Positions 1-10,424 of a DNA stretch of 64,000 nt are shown here, in pieces. The DNA is from Desulfurococcaceae archaeon. Lineage in GTDB: Archaea > Thermoproteota > Thermoprotei_A > Sulfolobales > Desulfurococcaceae. The first letter of the stretch is position 1, and every line of letters starts with the position of its first letter. The stretch covers positions 32,001-96,000 of the forward strand of contig JAWBAI010000001.1 of assembly GCA_038816475.1 (NCBI GenBank). The letters are read 5' to 3'. The notes below the pieces were generated by a model. That model saw only the letters and a list, made by a program, of their open reading frames with translations. It did not search any database and was not told where the DNA came from. The translations under genes were made by a program, and so were the position numbers.

Positions 1-1320
1 AAGCATAGTAGGCCACCAGTCTGCTATAATGATGTGTGGGGTTTTTTCGGGGTTTTCCCATATGCCTCTAGCTATGTCTCTAAGAGCCTCCCAGCTTTGA
101 GGATTAAGTTCAACCCTTATGCCGAGCTCTCTTTCAATAGTAGACTTAAGGAACTCTGCAAAGGCTTTTGTCTCCTCGTAGTCCACCTGGTACAAGACTT
201 CTATAGTTAAGGGTAATTTGACGTTTGAGAGTTCAAGATACTCTTTAGCCTTAGTTACATTGTACTCGTAGCTCAACTTCTCCACATATCCTGGGAATCC
301 ACGTGGAATTACACCACTTGCTGGGTAAGCCATACCCATGAGAGCTGTTTGCACAAACAACTCGACATTTACAGTGTGTGCTATTGCTAAGCGGAAGTAA
401 GTTATGTTTGTGGGATAACGACGTGTATTGAAGAACAGCAGGAAGTTCCTGAAAGTAGATATATTTAGAATTCTATACCCGTTTTCTATGGCGAGTGGCA
501 CGGTTCTCCTCGGTATACAGCAAGCTATGTCTATTTCACCTGCGATTAGTCCATGGTACTGCGCCTCGGGATCTCTTACGATCTTTATAATAATGACATC
601 GGGAGCATCAGGATTGTTCACCTCTCTCCAACCCCACCACTCGTTAAATTTCTCTAACCTAATCTCGTGCTTAGGATCATAGTGTACTAGTCTATAAGGA
701 CCCGTACCGATGGCGTTTCCAGCATTGAACCAATCCTCTAGCTTTCTATCCATGTAGTTTATAGCTCCGCTCTTTTCAAGAGCTGTGGGTGAAAATATGT
801 ATGCTGCGTATGTTGAAGCTACTAGTAAGTCAAGCCTTTGTGGATAACTCAACTTGAATTTTATCGTGTACTCATCTACGATTTCTATTTCTTCAACAGC
901 ATCCCAAATGTACCCTAATCCTCTACCCTCAGCTCGGTATATGTCTCTGGCTCTCTCAATGCTTAGTTTTACTGCTGTTGCATTAAATGATGTTCCATCG
1001 TGAAAAACAACGTCTCTTCTAAGGTAAAACGTCCACTCAGTTCCATCCTCGTTTACTTCCCATCTTACAGCTAACCTAGGTTTTACTTCACCAGTTGTGT
1101 GGTCGTAGTAGGTGAGTGTTTCATATACTGTTCCAATTACGATCAATCCAGTATCATCTTCTACGCTGGGGTCTATTCCTGTTACGGTATCACTGTAAGC
1201 GTAGACAACTACTCTTAGTGGTCTTGGAGTAGTTGGTTTAGTTAAAACAAGCATCAATGAAATAACCACTATGGTTACAACTAATACCCCTACAATTATA
1301 TAGGGTAGCCTGGGTCTCAA
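1..1320 (-). CDS. ABC transporter substrate-binding protein, family 5 (peptide/oligopeptide); runs off the window start
   Basis: Not in the ORF track. Manual translation from TTG at 1320 gives MRPRLPYIIVGVLVVTIVVISLML (membrane anchor), then GIDPS..VYETL..KPRLAVRWEVNEDGTEWTFYLRRDVVFHDGTSFNATAVKLSIER, the DppA/OppA signature. Confidence 0.9.
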   Translation of the reverse strand, partial: MRPRLPYIIVGVLVVTIVVISLMLVLTKPTTPRPLRVVVYAYSDTVTGIDPSVEDDTGLIVIGTVYETLTYYDHTTGEVKPRLAVRWEVNEDGTEWTFYLRRDVVFHDGTSFNATAVKLSIERARDIYRAEGRGLGYIWDAVEEIEIVDEYTIKFKLSYPQRLDLLVASTYAAYIFSPTALEKSGAINYMDRKLEDWFNAGNAIGTGPYRLVHYDPKHEIRLEKFNEWWGWREVNNPDAPDVIIIKIVRDPEAQYHGLIAGEIDIACCIPRRTVPLAIENGYRILNISTFRNFLLFFNTRRYPTNITYFRLAIAHTVNVELFVQTALMGMAYPASGVIPRGFPGYVEKLSYEYNVTKAKEYLELSNVKLPLTIEVLYQVDYEETKAFAEFLKSTIERELGIRVELNPQSWEALRDIARGIWENPEKTPHIIIADWWPTML

Positions 1321-1480
1321 TTCTAACCCCAATCCCCCCTTATGTTCTAGAATAAACCCCGGGCTTTTAAGCACACTACCTCGTCCTCATTGGGAATTTT
1401 AAATTAGCTGTAATAAATGTTCTAGTGAGTCAACAAAAAGGAGTCGTGAAGTATTTAAAAACTTGATTAAATAGTAAAAA

Positions 1481-3445
1481 ATGGGGGTCTTTATGGAAGT
1501 GCGTGGTTATAAATCGCTGTTCATAGATGTATCGGCTAGGAAAAGCTGGGTTGAAGACTTCGACTTGAAAGATGTTCATGGCCCTGTTGAACTCGGCGTT
1601 AAACTTCATCTTGAGAGATTCGAGAGCTGGAGAAAACCAGTATATCATCCTGATAATGCACTGGTATTGGGAACAGGCTTGTTCGCCGGCTCGAAGCTCT
1701 ATGGTACACACAGGTTTGTTGCTGTGTTTAGAAGTCCTATGACACACGGTCTTCATGTATCAGCGATGGGTGGTGCAGCATATCAGTTTAACGTTAATGC
1801 ACACGCTATCGTCATTACTGGTTATAGCAGAGACCCAGTTATCATCAAGGTATTCGATGATGGAAGCGGAGAAGTCTTAGTAGACTTTTACGAACAACCG
1901 TTGGAAAAGATCACAGCTGTATGGAGAGGGTATAACCAGGAGAAAGGGGTGTATGCACTTCAAAACTACCTAGTAGACCTGTTTAAAGACTTCTTCGAGA
2001 AATACGTTAGCAGGTGTATTTTGGTAGGCCCTGGCTCAATGTATAGCAACACCGGAGCGCTTGTCTCGTTAACCCTGGTAAAGGGCAAAATAGACTATGG
2101 GAGCGAGGATTACGCAGCACGTGGTGGCGGTGGTAGCGTACTATTCAGAGCGCACAACGTAGTAGCTATTGTATACGGTGGACTCTATAATAGGGCATCC
2201 AAGCTTCCACAGATGATAACAGATATATCGCATATCAACAGGTTTTTCCAGGAGAACCTTGGTAAGCCGTATACTCACGCTGTTATTGAAGCTGGCGTAA
2301 AGTACAGGTACGATCCTAAGTTGAATACCGGTGGAACGCTAGGAGGAAACTATCCACACTTGGGAGTTACAACTCCAATGTTAAACTGGAACATTATAAA
2401 CCTGGATAAATCGACAAGACAAAAACTGCACGAGTTAATAATGAAGAACATATGGGAGCCGTTTAACAAGGAAGCAATTGAAACCAGGAGCTGGAAGACG
2501 TGTGGAGAACCATGTCCACTAGCTTGCAAGAAGGTTAGAAAAAGCAGATTTAAATCGGATTATGAGCCGTACAACGGTCTTGGCCCCTTCATCGGCATCT
2601 TCGACATACATGAAGCCGAGAAAGTGGTTGAACTGGCAGACGCGTACGGTATAGACGCAATTGAACTTGGATACATCATTGGGTTCATCTTCGAGTGTCT
2701 TGCACGTGGATTGCTAAAGCCCGAGGAATTAGGTGTATCGGGATCTCCGGTTCTTGATCCAGCGAAGATCTCTGTGGAGACATCAAAGTTGAACTCGAAA
2801 CTAGCAGTAGAGATTGTTGAAAAGCTGGCTTCTGGATCTAACCCTATAATAAGATTGATAGCTGAAAGGGGTATTAGAGACGCGGCAAAAGTTTTGGACA
2901 TACTCTACGCCGAGAGAGTGAACGCTCTAGGAATAAAATTCAGTGATATCCCTGTGTATGCAGTCTTCGGTGAACGCGGGCACATAAGCCCCAACTACTA
3001 CTGGACACCCGGGTTAGTTGCACCATTATATGTCCTTGGCAAGTACTGGACGGTGTACTCCGGCGTATTCACTGAACCAGAAGACTTCGCAGTTAAGTGC
3101 ATCGAGAGAGTAGCGTACGAGTTAATGGTTGAAAACGCAGGTGTATGCAGATTCCACAGAGGATGGGCTGAGAAGATTTTACCCAAGCTATTAGAGGAGG
3201 TATTTGGAGTAAAGGAACCGCTTAAAAGAGCCCTAGAAGTATACAAGCTCATCGCAAAGTACCAAGAACTAGCCGGAGCAAGACCAGAGGTCTGGGATTC
3301 ATCCAGAATACTGACCTTCATGGCTAAAGCTGCACGAGAATACGGTAATACCAAGTGGGCTGAAGCCTTTGAAAAGGACACGGTTTCAGCAGCGTATGAA
3401 TGGTGGAGTAGATTCTACAGGAAAGTAAACGAACTAGTCAAATAA
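1481..3445 (+). CDS. gor: Tungsten-dependent glyceraldehyde-3-phosphate:ferredoxin oxidoreductase (GAPOR, AOR family)
   Basis: 654 aa. AOR-family motifs AARGGGGSV, CGEPCPLAC, DYEPY, DAYGIDAIE and GVCRFHRGW; length and KYRYDPKLNTGGT fit GAPOR. Start may be the ATG at 1493. Confidence 0.85.
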   Translation: MGVFMEVRGYKSLFIDVSARKSWVEDFDLKDVHGPVELGVKLHLERFESWRKPVYHPDNALVLGTGLFAGSKLYGTHRFVAVFRSPMTHGLHVSAMGGAAYQFNVNAHAIVITGYSRDPVIIKVFDDGSGEVLVDFYEQPLEKITAVWRGYNQEKGVYALQNYLVDLFKDFFEKYVSRCILVGPGSMYSNTGALVSLTLVKGKIDYGSEDYAARGGGGSVLFRAHNVVAIVYGGLYNRASKLPQMITDISHINRFFQENLGKPYTHAVIEAGVKYRYDPKLNTGGTLGGNYPHLGVTTPMLNWNIINLDKSTRQKLHELIMKNIWEPFNKEAIETRSWKTCGEPCPLACKKVRKSRFKSDYEPYNGLGPFIGIFDIHEAEKVVELADAYGIDAIELGYIIGFIFECLARGLLKPEELGVSGSPVLDPAKISVETSKLNSKLAVEIVEKLASGSNPIIRLIAERGIRDAAKVLDILYAERVNALGIKFSDIPVYAVFGERGHISPNYYWTPGLVAPLYVLGKYWTVYSGVFTEPEDFAVKCIERVAYELMVENAGVCRFHRGWAEKILPKLLEEVFGVKEPLKRALEVYKLIAKYQELAGARPEVWDSSRILTFMAKAAREYGNTKWAEAFEKDTVSAAYEWWSRFYRKVNELVK

Positions 3446-3448
3446 TAA

Positions 3449-3487
3449 GCTACTAAGAGTAGCTACGTAGCTTCAGCTTATTTTTTC
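3449..3487 (+). terminator. Putative terminator (AGCTAC/GTAGCT hairpin followed by a T tract)
   Basis: Palindromic AGCTAC-N5-GTAGCT and a T6 run directly after the GAPOR stop. Confidence 0.4.
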
Positions 3488-3574
3488 ATTTGCCGATAGA
3501 TCTCCGAGTTCGAGTTGTGTTTAAAAGAGTAGTAGTTTTTCGAATTATAATGGTTGAATAATGGTTGAGTCTGA

Positions 3575-5836
3575 ATGAGTTTTATTTACATGCATCGCGA
3601 GAACATAAGATGCGTTGCCACGCTACTGGCTAAAGCAATAAGTAAAGTTCTCCATGTAGATGAAAACTACGTTTTCGAGCTGATAAATACTGGTAAAATA
3701 CGTGTTCAACCAACTCCGGATCCCATGCTTGGTGACTATGGTTTTGCAATACATGTGTTGTTATTGAAGAATGTAGATAGAGCGGAATGGGACATTGTAG
3801 GCTCCTCCATAACGAGGGAACTACTAGCATCAAAGGAGCAGTGCAATGTTGAAGACGCAAGCTTCATAAATGGATATGTAAACGTAACCTTCAACTACAG
3901 CGAGATGCTGATAAAAATAGCAACAGACTGGTATACTGGAGAACTTAACAGGAGGCTTCTTACCGTGGGAAAAGGTACAAATGTGATTGTCGAGCATACT
4001 AGTGCAAACCCTGTTCACCCACTGCACATAGGAAGTGGAAGAAACAGTGTAATTGGCGACACCTATTCAAGGCTTCTCAGAAGACTAGGTTTTAACGTAA
4101 AAACAAGGTTCTACGTGAATGATCTCGGAAGACAAGTAGCTATTTTAGCGTATGGTGTATCAATAGTCAGATCCAAAGGTATTGAAAAACCGGTTGACAT
4201 CAAAGTAGACCACTGGTATGGGGCCATCTACGCGCTCACAAATATATCAGTAGAGTTGAATAGACTGAAGTTTAAACTAAGGGATACTCTTAATGCTATT
4301 GTAGCTGAAGCTGAGAAAGTTCTGGAGAAAACTAAGGACATTCCCGTGGATGCTGTACGAATGGGCCTCATAGAGTACCTGAAGCCTCTGGTATCTAAAC
4401 GTGGATTGAACGCCAATATCCTAAAGCAAGTTAAAAGTGCTCATAAGTTCCTAAATGAGGTTCTCAGTAGCACCAGTAACGAGCAAGTAAAGAGTACGTT
4501 AAAGCATCTGCTCGAGTTGCTGAATGAGTTTAGAAGCATGTACAGCGAGTACTTAACATACGTGAAAGCAGAGGCTAGATTAGCGTACCTTTTCCCAGAG
4601 TTGCATCTTGCAGTAAAGTCAAGCATTAAAAACTACGTAGAAGCAGAGGATGCAATTAAGGAACTTATGATAAGAGCAGAGCGCGGTGACCCTGATGCGG
4701 TAACCTTGTTCAGAGGCATAGCGGAGGATGTTCTAAACGGATTTAAAGAAACCCTTTCCCAAATAGGCATATCATTCGACGGATTCGATTATGAATCAAG
4801 TGATGAAGTAGTTAAGCTCGCCCATGCTATAGTCGAAGAACTCCTGAAAACACCGTATGCGAGACTTGTCAACGGAGCAGTAGAAGTTGACCTCAATAGC
4901 GCAGCCGATGCGTACGAGTACGTTAAAAACCTCTTCTACCCAGATCAGCCCGGGAGGTTCATTGTAAGAAGAAGTGATGGAACAACTCTGTACGTTACAC
5001 GAGACATAGCTTACACTGTACATAAGTTCAGGAGCCTTGGTGCAGACGAGGTCTACAATGTCATAGCTGTGGAACAGTCCAGGGAGCAAAAGCAGCTAAA
5101 AGCAGTACTCTACATCTTGGGGTTTAAGCAAGAAGCAGAGAAACTTCATCATTTTGGGTACGAAATGGTTCACCTAAAGGGTATGAGGATGAGTGGTAGG
5201 AGAGGTATTTACTACACATTGGACGAACTGCTCATGGATGCTGAATCGGTGATCACCCAAAAACTGGCAGAGAAAGAGCCTGGAATAAACGTGGACTCGG
5301 ACGAGGTGAGATCACTTGCGAAGAGCTTGGCTGTAGCTAACGTAAGAGCACTTCTACTATCGGTGGAGCCATCCAAGGTTCTCGTATTCGACACTGAGAA
5401 AATTGAAACCACCGACTATGCATCTATACTAGAGTACGCATTAGTCAGAGCGCAGAGTATTCTGAGAAACCTGTGGAACATTGAACCTCTAGATAACGTT
5501 GACCTAATTACAACTGAACTGAGGAAGGCGACCGAGGCTTTGATAGAACAACGAACATCTTTGAGTTTCACCACGGAGGAAAAAACACTGCTGGAGCATC
5601 TTCTAGGGTACGAGTACATTCTGCTTGAAGCTTACAGGGATCTTAAACCCAATAAAATCCTTGAGTACGCGGTTGAACTCTCTCTTAGCTTTAACAAGTT
5701 CTATGAGAAATACCCTGTTATCAAAGAACCTGATACAACGAAGAGACTGGCGAGAATAGTGTTAACAGTACTCACGCTTCTCACTCTATCAGAGCTCATG
5801 GACATCCTCGGCATGCCTAAGCTGAGAAGAATGTAG
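3575..5836 (+). CDS. argS: Arginyl-tRNA synthetase
   Basis: VEHTSANPVHPLHIGSGRN (HIGH variant), RSDGTTLYVTRDIAY, MSGRRG and a C-terminal DALR-type anticodon domain. Confidence 0.95.
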   Translation: MSFIYMHRENIRCVATLLAKAISKVLHVDENYVFELINTGKIRVQPTPDPMLGDYGFAIHVLLLKNVDRAEWDIVGSSITRELLASKEQCNVEDASFINGYVNVTFNYSEMLIKIATDWYTGELNRRLLTVGKGTNVIVEHTSANPVHPLHIGSGRNSVIGDTYSRLLRRLGFNVKTRFYVNDLGRQVAILAYGVSIVRSKGIEKPVDIKVDHWYGAIYALTNISVELNRLKFKLRDTLNAIVAEAEKVLEKTKDIPVDAVRMGLIEYLKPLVSKRGLNANILKQVKSAHKFLNEVLSSTSNEQVKSTLKHLLELLNEFRSMYSEYLTYVKAEARLAYLFPELHLAVKSSIKNYVEAEDAIKELMIRAERGDPDAVTLFRGIAEDVLNGFKETLSQIGISFDGFDYESSDEVVKLAHAIVEELLKTPYARLVNGAVEVDLNSAADAYEYVKNLFYPDQPGRFIVRRSDGTTLYVTRDIAYTVHKFRSLGADEVYNVIAVEQSREQKQLKAVLYILGFKQEAEKLHHFGYEMVHLKGMRMSGRRGIYYTLDELLMDAESVITQKLAEKEPGINVDSDEVRSLAKSLAVANVRALLLSVEPSKVLVFDTEKIETTDYASILEYALVRAQSILRNLWNIEPLDNVDLITTELRKATEALIEQRTSLSFTTEEKTLLEHLLGYEYILLEAYRDLKPNKILEYAVELSLSFNKFYEKYPVIKEPDTTKRLARIVLTVLTLLTLSELMDILGMPKLRRM

Positions 5837-5846
5837 TGAATCCTCA

Positions 5847-6725
5847 ATGCGAGTTGATTGGCAACTACTCTTATACATTGTAGTTATCTGGATAGCGATT
5901 AGCTCTGCCAGTATACTCGTCTTACTATCAGGTGCGGTTGCAGAAGCATGCGCGTTCTGGCGGCTTCTTCTATCGTCTCTGTTGATACTTCTACTCAAAT
6001 ACATTAGAAGTAGAGGAAATAATCGTGGAGTTCCCAGAATACAAGTACACCACGCGATCTCGGGTATCATGCTTGCTCTTCACTTTATTCTGTGGATGAA
6101 AAGTTTATTCATGATAAAAGTGTACGTGAGCACACTTCTCGTAACGCTTTATCCTATGTACGCTCTAGTGATAGATGCACTGATCTACAAGCATAAGCTG
6201 AGTAAGTTCCAGGTAACAGGCGTAGTTATGATAACTCTTCTAGTTGCCTTATACCTGGATGTGCATGAACTTGTACTTGAGACCGGTGTTTTCTACGCTC
6301 TCCTAGCAGGAGTATCATGTGCAGTATACTTCGAGATTGGCAGCTACGCTAGGTCAAGGTTGAGGGAGAATGCACTAGATTACGCGTTTAGCACATACCT
6401 AGTAGCATCTTTCTTTGTTTGGTTATACTCCACGATTACAGGGTCAAACTTATACATCTACTCTATATCCACATATGCTTACTTTCTTCTACTAGCCCTT
6501 GTTCCTATGATTCTTGGTCACACACTCATGAACTATCTTCTAGGGAAGTACCCGGCCTCTCTAGTAACATTGATCAGTTACGGCGAACCCTTTGGCGCAG
6601 GCCTTCTCGCCTTCATAATCCTTGGGCAATCGGTAGCATCTTCACAAGTCCTCTTCGGGATTGTGATTATTTCATTGATCATTCTCATATCAACGTACCA
6701 AGGTCACACTAAGGGTTTGCAATGA
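5847..6725 (+). CDS. DMT/EamA-family transporter
   Basis: About 10 TM helices in two EamA repeats; GHTLMNY..GEP motif. Confidence 0.85.
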   Translation: MRVDWQLLLYIVVIWIAISSASILVLLSGAVAEACAFWRLLLSSLLILLLKYIRSRGNNRGVPRIQVHHAISGIMLALHFILWMKSLFMIKVYVSTLLVTLYPMYALVIDALIYKHKLSKFQVTGVVMITLLVALYLDVHELVLETGVFYALLAGVSCAVYFEIGSYARSRLRENALDYAFSTYLVASFFVWLYSTITGSNLYIYSISTYAYFLLLALVPMILGHTLMNYLLGKYPASLVTLISYGEPFGAGLLAFIILGQSVASSQVLFGIVIISLIILISTYQGHTKGLQ

Positions 6726-6932
6726 ATTAGCTCAACTGTCATTTATGTGAAACAATAAAACAATGATGCGGAACACGGAGATCTGCGGCAAACGTGTTCT
6801 ACTGGACATTCCGTGCGAGTTTTCTCGTTCATCAACCAGGAGTATAAGGCTCGGAGACGCATGTACGGTTGTCTTTATTGCTTTATCAGCTAACAAGGGA
6901 TTTTTATTCACAGGATAGGTGAAATCGTCTGT

Positions 6933-8168
6933 ATGTTGGTCCCTATTGCTATCAACGAGGCTGTCGATAAACTTGCTAGTGTGCTTGCCGAAACTGTAAA
7001 GCTAGAATCAGAGGAAGTCGATCTTCTAGAAGCTGTTAGCAGGATTCTCGCTGGAGATGTTTACTCGCCTCAAGATCGTCCTAGAACAAATGTGAGCGCT
7101 GTTGATGGTTATGCTGTGAGGTCAATTGATACAGTAGGAGCTTCACCTTACAACCCCATCGAGTTGACCATTAAGTATTATCTGAAACCAGGACAAGATG
7201 CGCGAGGTGTTACTGTGGAGCGGGGGACAGCTGCGCGGGTTTTAACGGGGGCACCCATACCCGAGGAGGCGGATGCTGTAGTTATGGACGAAGATGTAGA
7301 GGTGAGAGATGGAAAGGTTGTTATCTACAAGCAGGTTTCAGAGGGCTCGAACATTGTCTACCGTGGCGAAGATCTCAAACAAGCGGATCTGATCGGATCC
7401 AAAGGTCAAGTGGTAAATCCAGCCATGGTAGGAGCTCTTGCAGCAGTAGGGATCAAGAGTGTCAAGGTGTACCGTAAAGTTAGAGTTGCGCTCATAGCTA
7501 TTGGTGATGAGCTGGTGGAACCAGGATCAAGTGCTACGCTCGGTAAAGACTTCAACTCTACAGTGTACGTTGTCTACTCTCAGATGATCAAGGATTGGAT
7601 CTTTCAGCCTACTTACTACGGAATATTACCCGATGACCCGGTTCTAGTGGAAGAGGCTATCGTAAGGGTGATCGAGAAGGGAGCAGATATGGTTATTACA
7701 ACGGGTGGAACAGGTGTTGGTGAAGGAGATGTGGTAGAGCATGTCATGAAGAAGAATACTGTAGTGTTTAGAGGTGTAAGAATCAGGCCTGGAAGACCTA
7801 CTAGCTGTAGTGTTGTAAGCGGTAAACCGGTTGTTCACCTATCCGGGTTCCCAGTAGCTTCTTGGACGGGGTACGAACTGTTGATTAGACCAGCTGTTCA
7901 AAGATGGCTGGGTATTAAGGGTTTCGAGAGACCAGCAATTAGAGCAACGCTCACGAGACGATTACCAAACGTGGCTGGTTATACTTCACTAGTACGCGTT
8001 CAATTAAGGGAACAGCACGGGGAATTCTATGCTGAACCCTACATGCTGAGAGGAAGCGGTGTTATATCAAGTTTGCTGAGAACCAATGGATACGTGCTGA
8101 TACCAGAGGACCTCGAAGGCTACGAGATTGGATCAAAAGTCACAGTCTATATCCACACCTACTGGTAA
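6933..8168 (+). CDS. moeA: Molybdopterin molybdenum/tungsten transferase MoeA
   Basis: SAVDGYAV, TGAPIPEEADAVVMDE, GDEL, TTGGTG, RPGRP and LSGFP motifs. Confidence 0.95.
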   Translation: MLVPIAINEAVDKLASVLAETVKLESEEVDLLEAVSRILAGDVYSPQDRPRTNVSAVDGYAVRSIDTVGASPYNPIELTIKYYLKPGQDARGVTVERGTAARVLTGAPIPEEADAVVMDEDVEVRDGKVVIYKQVSEGSNIVYRGEDLKQADLIGSKGQVVNPAMVGALAAVGIKSVKVYRKVRVALIAIGDELVEPGSSATLGKDFNSTVYVVYSQMIKDWIFQPTYYGILPDDPVLVEEAIVRVIEKGADMVITTGGTGVGEGDVVEHVMKKNTVVFRGVRIRPGRPTSCSVVSGKPVVHLSGFPVASWTGYELLIRPAVQRWLGIKGFERPAIRATLTRRLPNVAGYTSLVRVQLREQHGEFYAEPYMLRGSGVISSLLRTNGYVLIPEDLEGYEIGSKVTVYIHTYW

Positions 8169-8186
8169 AACAACGGTGATCCCTTC

Positions 8187-9176
8187 TTGAAGCTATCCGA
8201 TTTTACGGAAGACATCATCGTTGACAAGATAGCTAAAACACTAGTGGAAAAACCCAGTTGGGGAGAACACCTGTTTTATCCTGAGGACGCAAGAGACGTT
8301 ATACCCAGAGGACCGCGAATAATCTACTCTATTGACGCCTACACTGTTAGATCTCTCAGGCTTCCTTGGCGTAGCTATGCTGATGTAGGTTGGTCTGCTC
8401 TAGTAGGTGCTTTAAGTGATGTTGTCTCCAAAGGCGGCATTCCTCACGCTTGTCTTATAGCTCTAGGCTTAAATCGAGACATGAGCTTGGAGGAGCTTGA
8501 AGACCTGCTGAAAGGCTTCAGAGAGGCAGCAGATTACTATGGTGTAAGGATCTTAGGTGGAGATACGAACGAATCCTTTGAAGCATGGATAGCGGTATCT
8601 GTTCTCGGGTTTACAACAGCAAGAATACCCCCTAGCAGAGGTGGTTTGAAGCCAGGAGATGTGATCATAGCTACAGGAGTGTACGGTGCAACTGGTTTCA
8701 TCGCTAAACACGGTGTAGAGAAGGCCAAAGACGTGAACTGGGTTGTTGAGAAAACTAGAAGACCCAGAATACACGTTGAAGTCGCCCATGTAGTGGAGAA
8801 CTTCTACAAAGCTATAACGGCTAGCATGGACGTAAGCGATGGCTTAGGATACACCCTGCTCACCATGAGTAGACTAAGTGGAAGCGGTATACACCTGAAA
8901 CAGCCACCACGCGTATACAGCGAGCTCTACGAGCTATGTCATGGCGATGACCTTTGCACCCTGAACTACGCTCTTGCTGGAGGAGAAGAGTACGGTGTCG
9001 TATTGGGAGTTAAAAGAGATTCTGTGCAAGCTGTTGTAAACGAGCTGGAGTACTTTGAAATTCCCTATAGTGTTATCGGGGAAGCCGTTGAAACAACCCC
9101 TGGAATATACTTCAATGGTAAAGCTCTGAACGTAGTTAGATATGATCAGTTCCATGGGTGGAGACCTAGTTCTTAA
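8187..9176 (+). CDS. thiL: Thiamine-monophosphate kinase (PurM-like)
   Basis: SDVVSKGG, GGDTN, SMDVSDGL and GGEEY motifs. Confidence 0.85.
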   Translation: MKLSDFTEDIIVDKIAKTLVEKPSWGEHLFYPEDARDVIPRGPRIIYSIDAYTVRSLRLPWRSYADVGWSALVGALSDVVSKGGIPHACLIALGLNRDMSLEELEDLLKGFREAADYYGVRILGGDTNESFEAWIAVSVLGFTTARIPPSRGGLKPGDVIIATGVYGATGFIAKHGVEKAKDVNWVVEKTRRPRIHVEVAHVVENFYKAITASMDVSDGLGYTLLTMSRLSGSGIHLKQPPRVYSELYELCHGDDLCTLNYALAGGEEYGVVLGVKRDSVQAVVNELEYFEIPYSVIGEAVETTPGIYFNGKALNVVRYDQFHGWRPSS

Positions 9177-9226
9177 AATACACTCTCCTTTCATAGGGTA
9201 ATAGCAATTGAGCAAGGGTAAAACCC

Positions 9227-10405
9227 TTGTACGTAGCACTGTTGCTACTAGCAACAGCTTTGGCTTTACTAAGCGCTCTGGATATACTCACGGATATAAC
9301 AGCTATAACTTTAGCTGGAGTAGGGGCGATCGAGCTTGGTTTACTTAACTCGCTATCCTACGTAGCTTACATTTTATCACTACTACTAGGAGGAAAACGA
9401 TCTGAGAAAGGTTTTAACCGAGCACACGTATTGTACGCTTTTCTATCATTTCTAGCTTATGCGCTATCTATGTACAGCTACATTGTAACAAGAAAGTTCG
9501 CTTTCCTTGCGTTATCCTACTTACTTTACCCGATTCCAACAGCTTATACCAGGATTCTTACACTTACATACATCCAGGATGTTTTCGAGAGTAGATTATG
9601 GAGAAAAGCTCTCCTTGTGAGATTTACAGCGACGTCTACAGTAGAGGCTTTCATATTGACATTTATTCCTCGTGTTTCGGCAATTGGTGTTGAGAAAATG
9701 ACGTTGCTCGTTGTCTTGGTATCCGTGTTAATATATGTGCTGTCTCTAGTGATCATCAAAGAACCTGTGTTCAGAATTGAGAGAATACTGTATAGACTGG
9801 AGTCTGCACTCGAATACCTTGAAGCAAATATTGAACAACTACTAACCTACACGTTTTTAAGTCAGAATTTAACGCATGGCTATAGACTAGCTAAATACTA
9901 CAAGCCAAGGACCAAGCCTCAGGGGCTTGTTATGCTTTCTCTCATAGCTTTTAAGCTTGGATCCACAATTATGCTTGTTCCTATCCCCATTATACTCATG
10001 TCGAAGCTTAATGCGTCCCTCTACACTGTTCTATGGATATACGGTGTATCGAGACTAGTAATATTGACTTCCCTCTTATATGAGGGCCGTGACCGCGTGA
10101 AAGCACTACTATATCTTCTCGAACCTGTCCTTTGGGGTTTAATAATTAACTCGTCTAATCCCTTGCATTCAGGGTTCTTACTAGGGCTAATACTGTACAT
10201 TAATGGTGGAGTAGATGTATCGTTGTACTCACTGTATTTCAAGACAACGAGAGGTAGAAACGCGTTTTTGTATCTTCTCGTGGGAGAATTAGCTGCAGCA
10301 GTCGGGGCAACTGTGTCTGGTTACCTCTACAGCATGCTTGGCCATTGGACCGTAATACTAGTCTTGACATGCGTACTACTAGGTTCTCTAGCTATCTTGA
10401 CATAG
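9227..10405 (+). CDS. MFS-like membrane protein
   Basis: About 12 hydrophobic segments in a 6+6 arrangement with a central loop. Confidence 0.6.
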   Translation: MYVALLLLATALALLSALDILTDITAITLAGVGAIELGLLNSLSYVAYILSLLLGGKRSEKGFNRAHVLYAFLSFLAYALSMYSYIVTRKFAFLALSYLLYPIPTAYTRILTLTYIQDVFESRLWRKALLVRFTATSTVEAFILTFIPRVSAIGVEKMTLLVVLVSVLIYVLSLVIIKEPVFRIERILYRLESALEYLEANIEQLLTYTFLSQNLTHGYRLAKYYKPRTKPQGLVMLSLIAFKLGSTIMLVPIPIILMSKLNASLYTVLWIYGVSRLVILTSLLYEGRDRVKALLYLLEPVLWGLIINSSNPLHSGFLLGLILYINGGVDVSLYSLYFKTTRGRNAFLYLLVGELAAAVGATVSGYLYSMLGHWTVILVLTCVLLGSLAILT

Positions 10406-10424
10406 AAATGAAAACATGCGAACG

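Noticed and set aside
428-682. 84-aa plus-strand ORF
   Set aside because: Shadow of the minus-strand solute-binding protein gene
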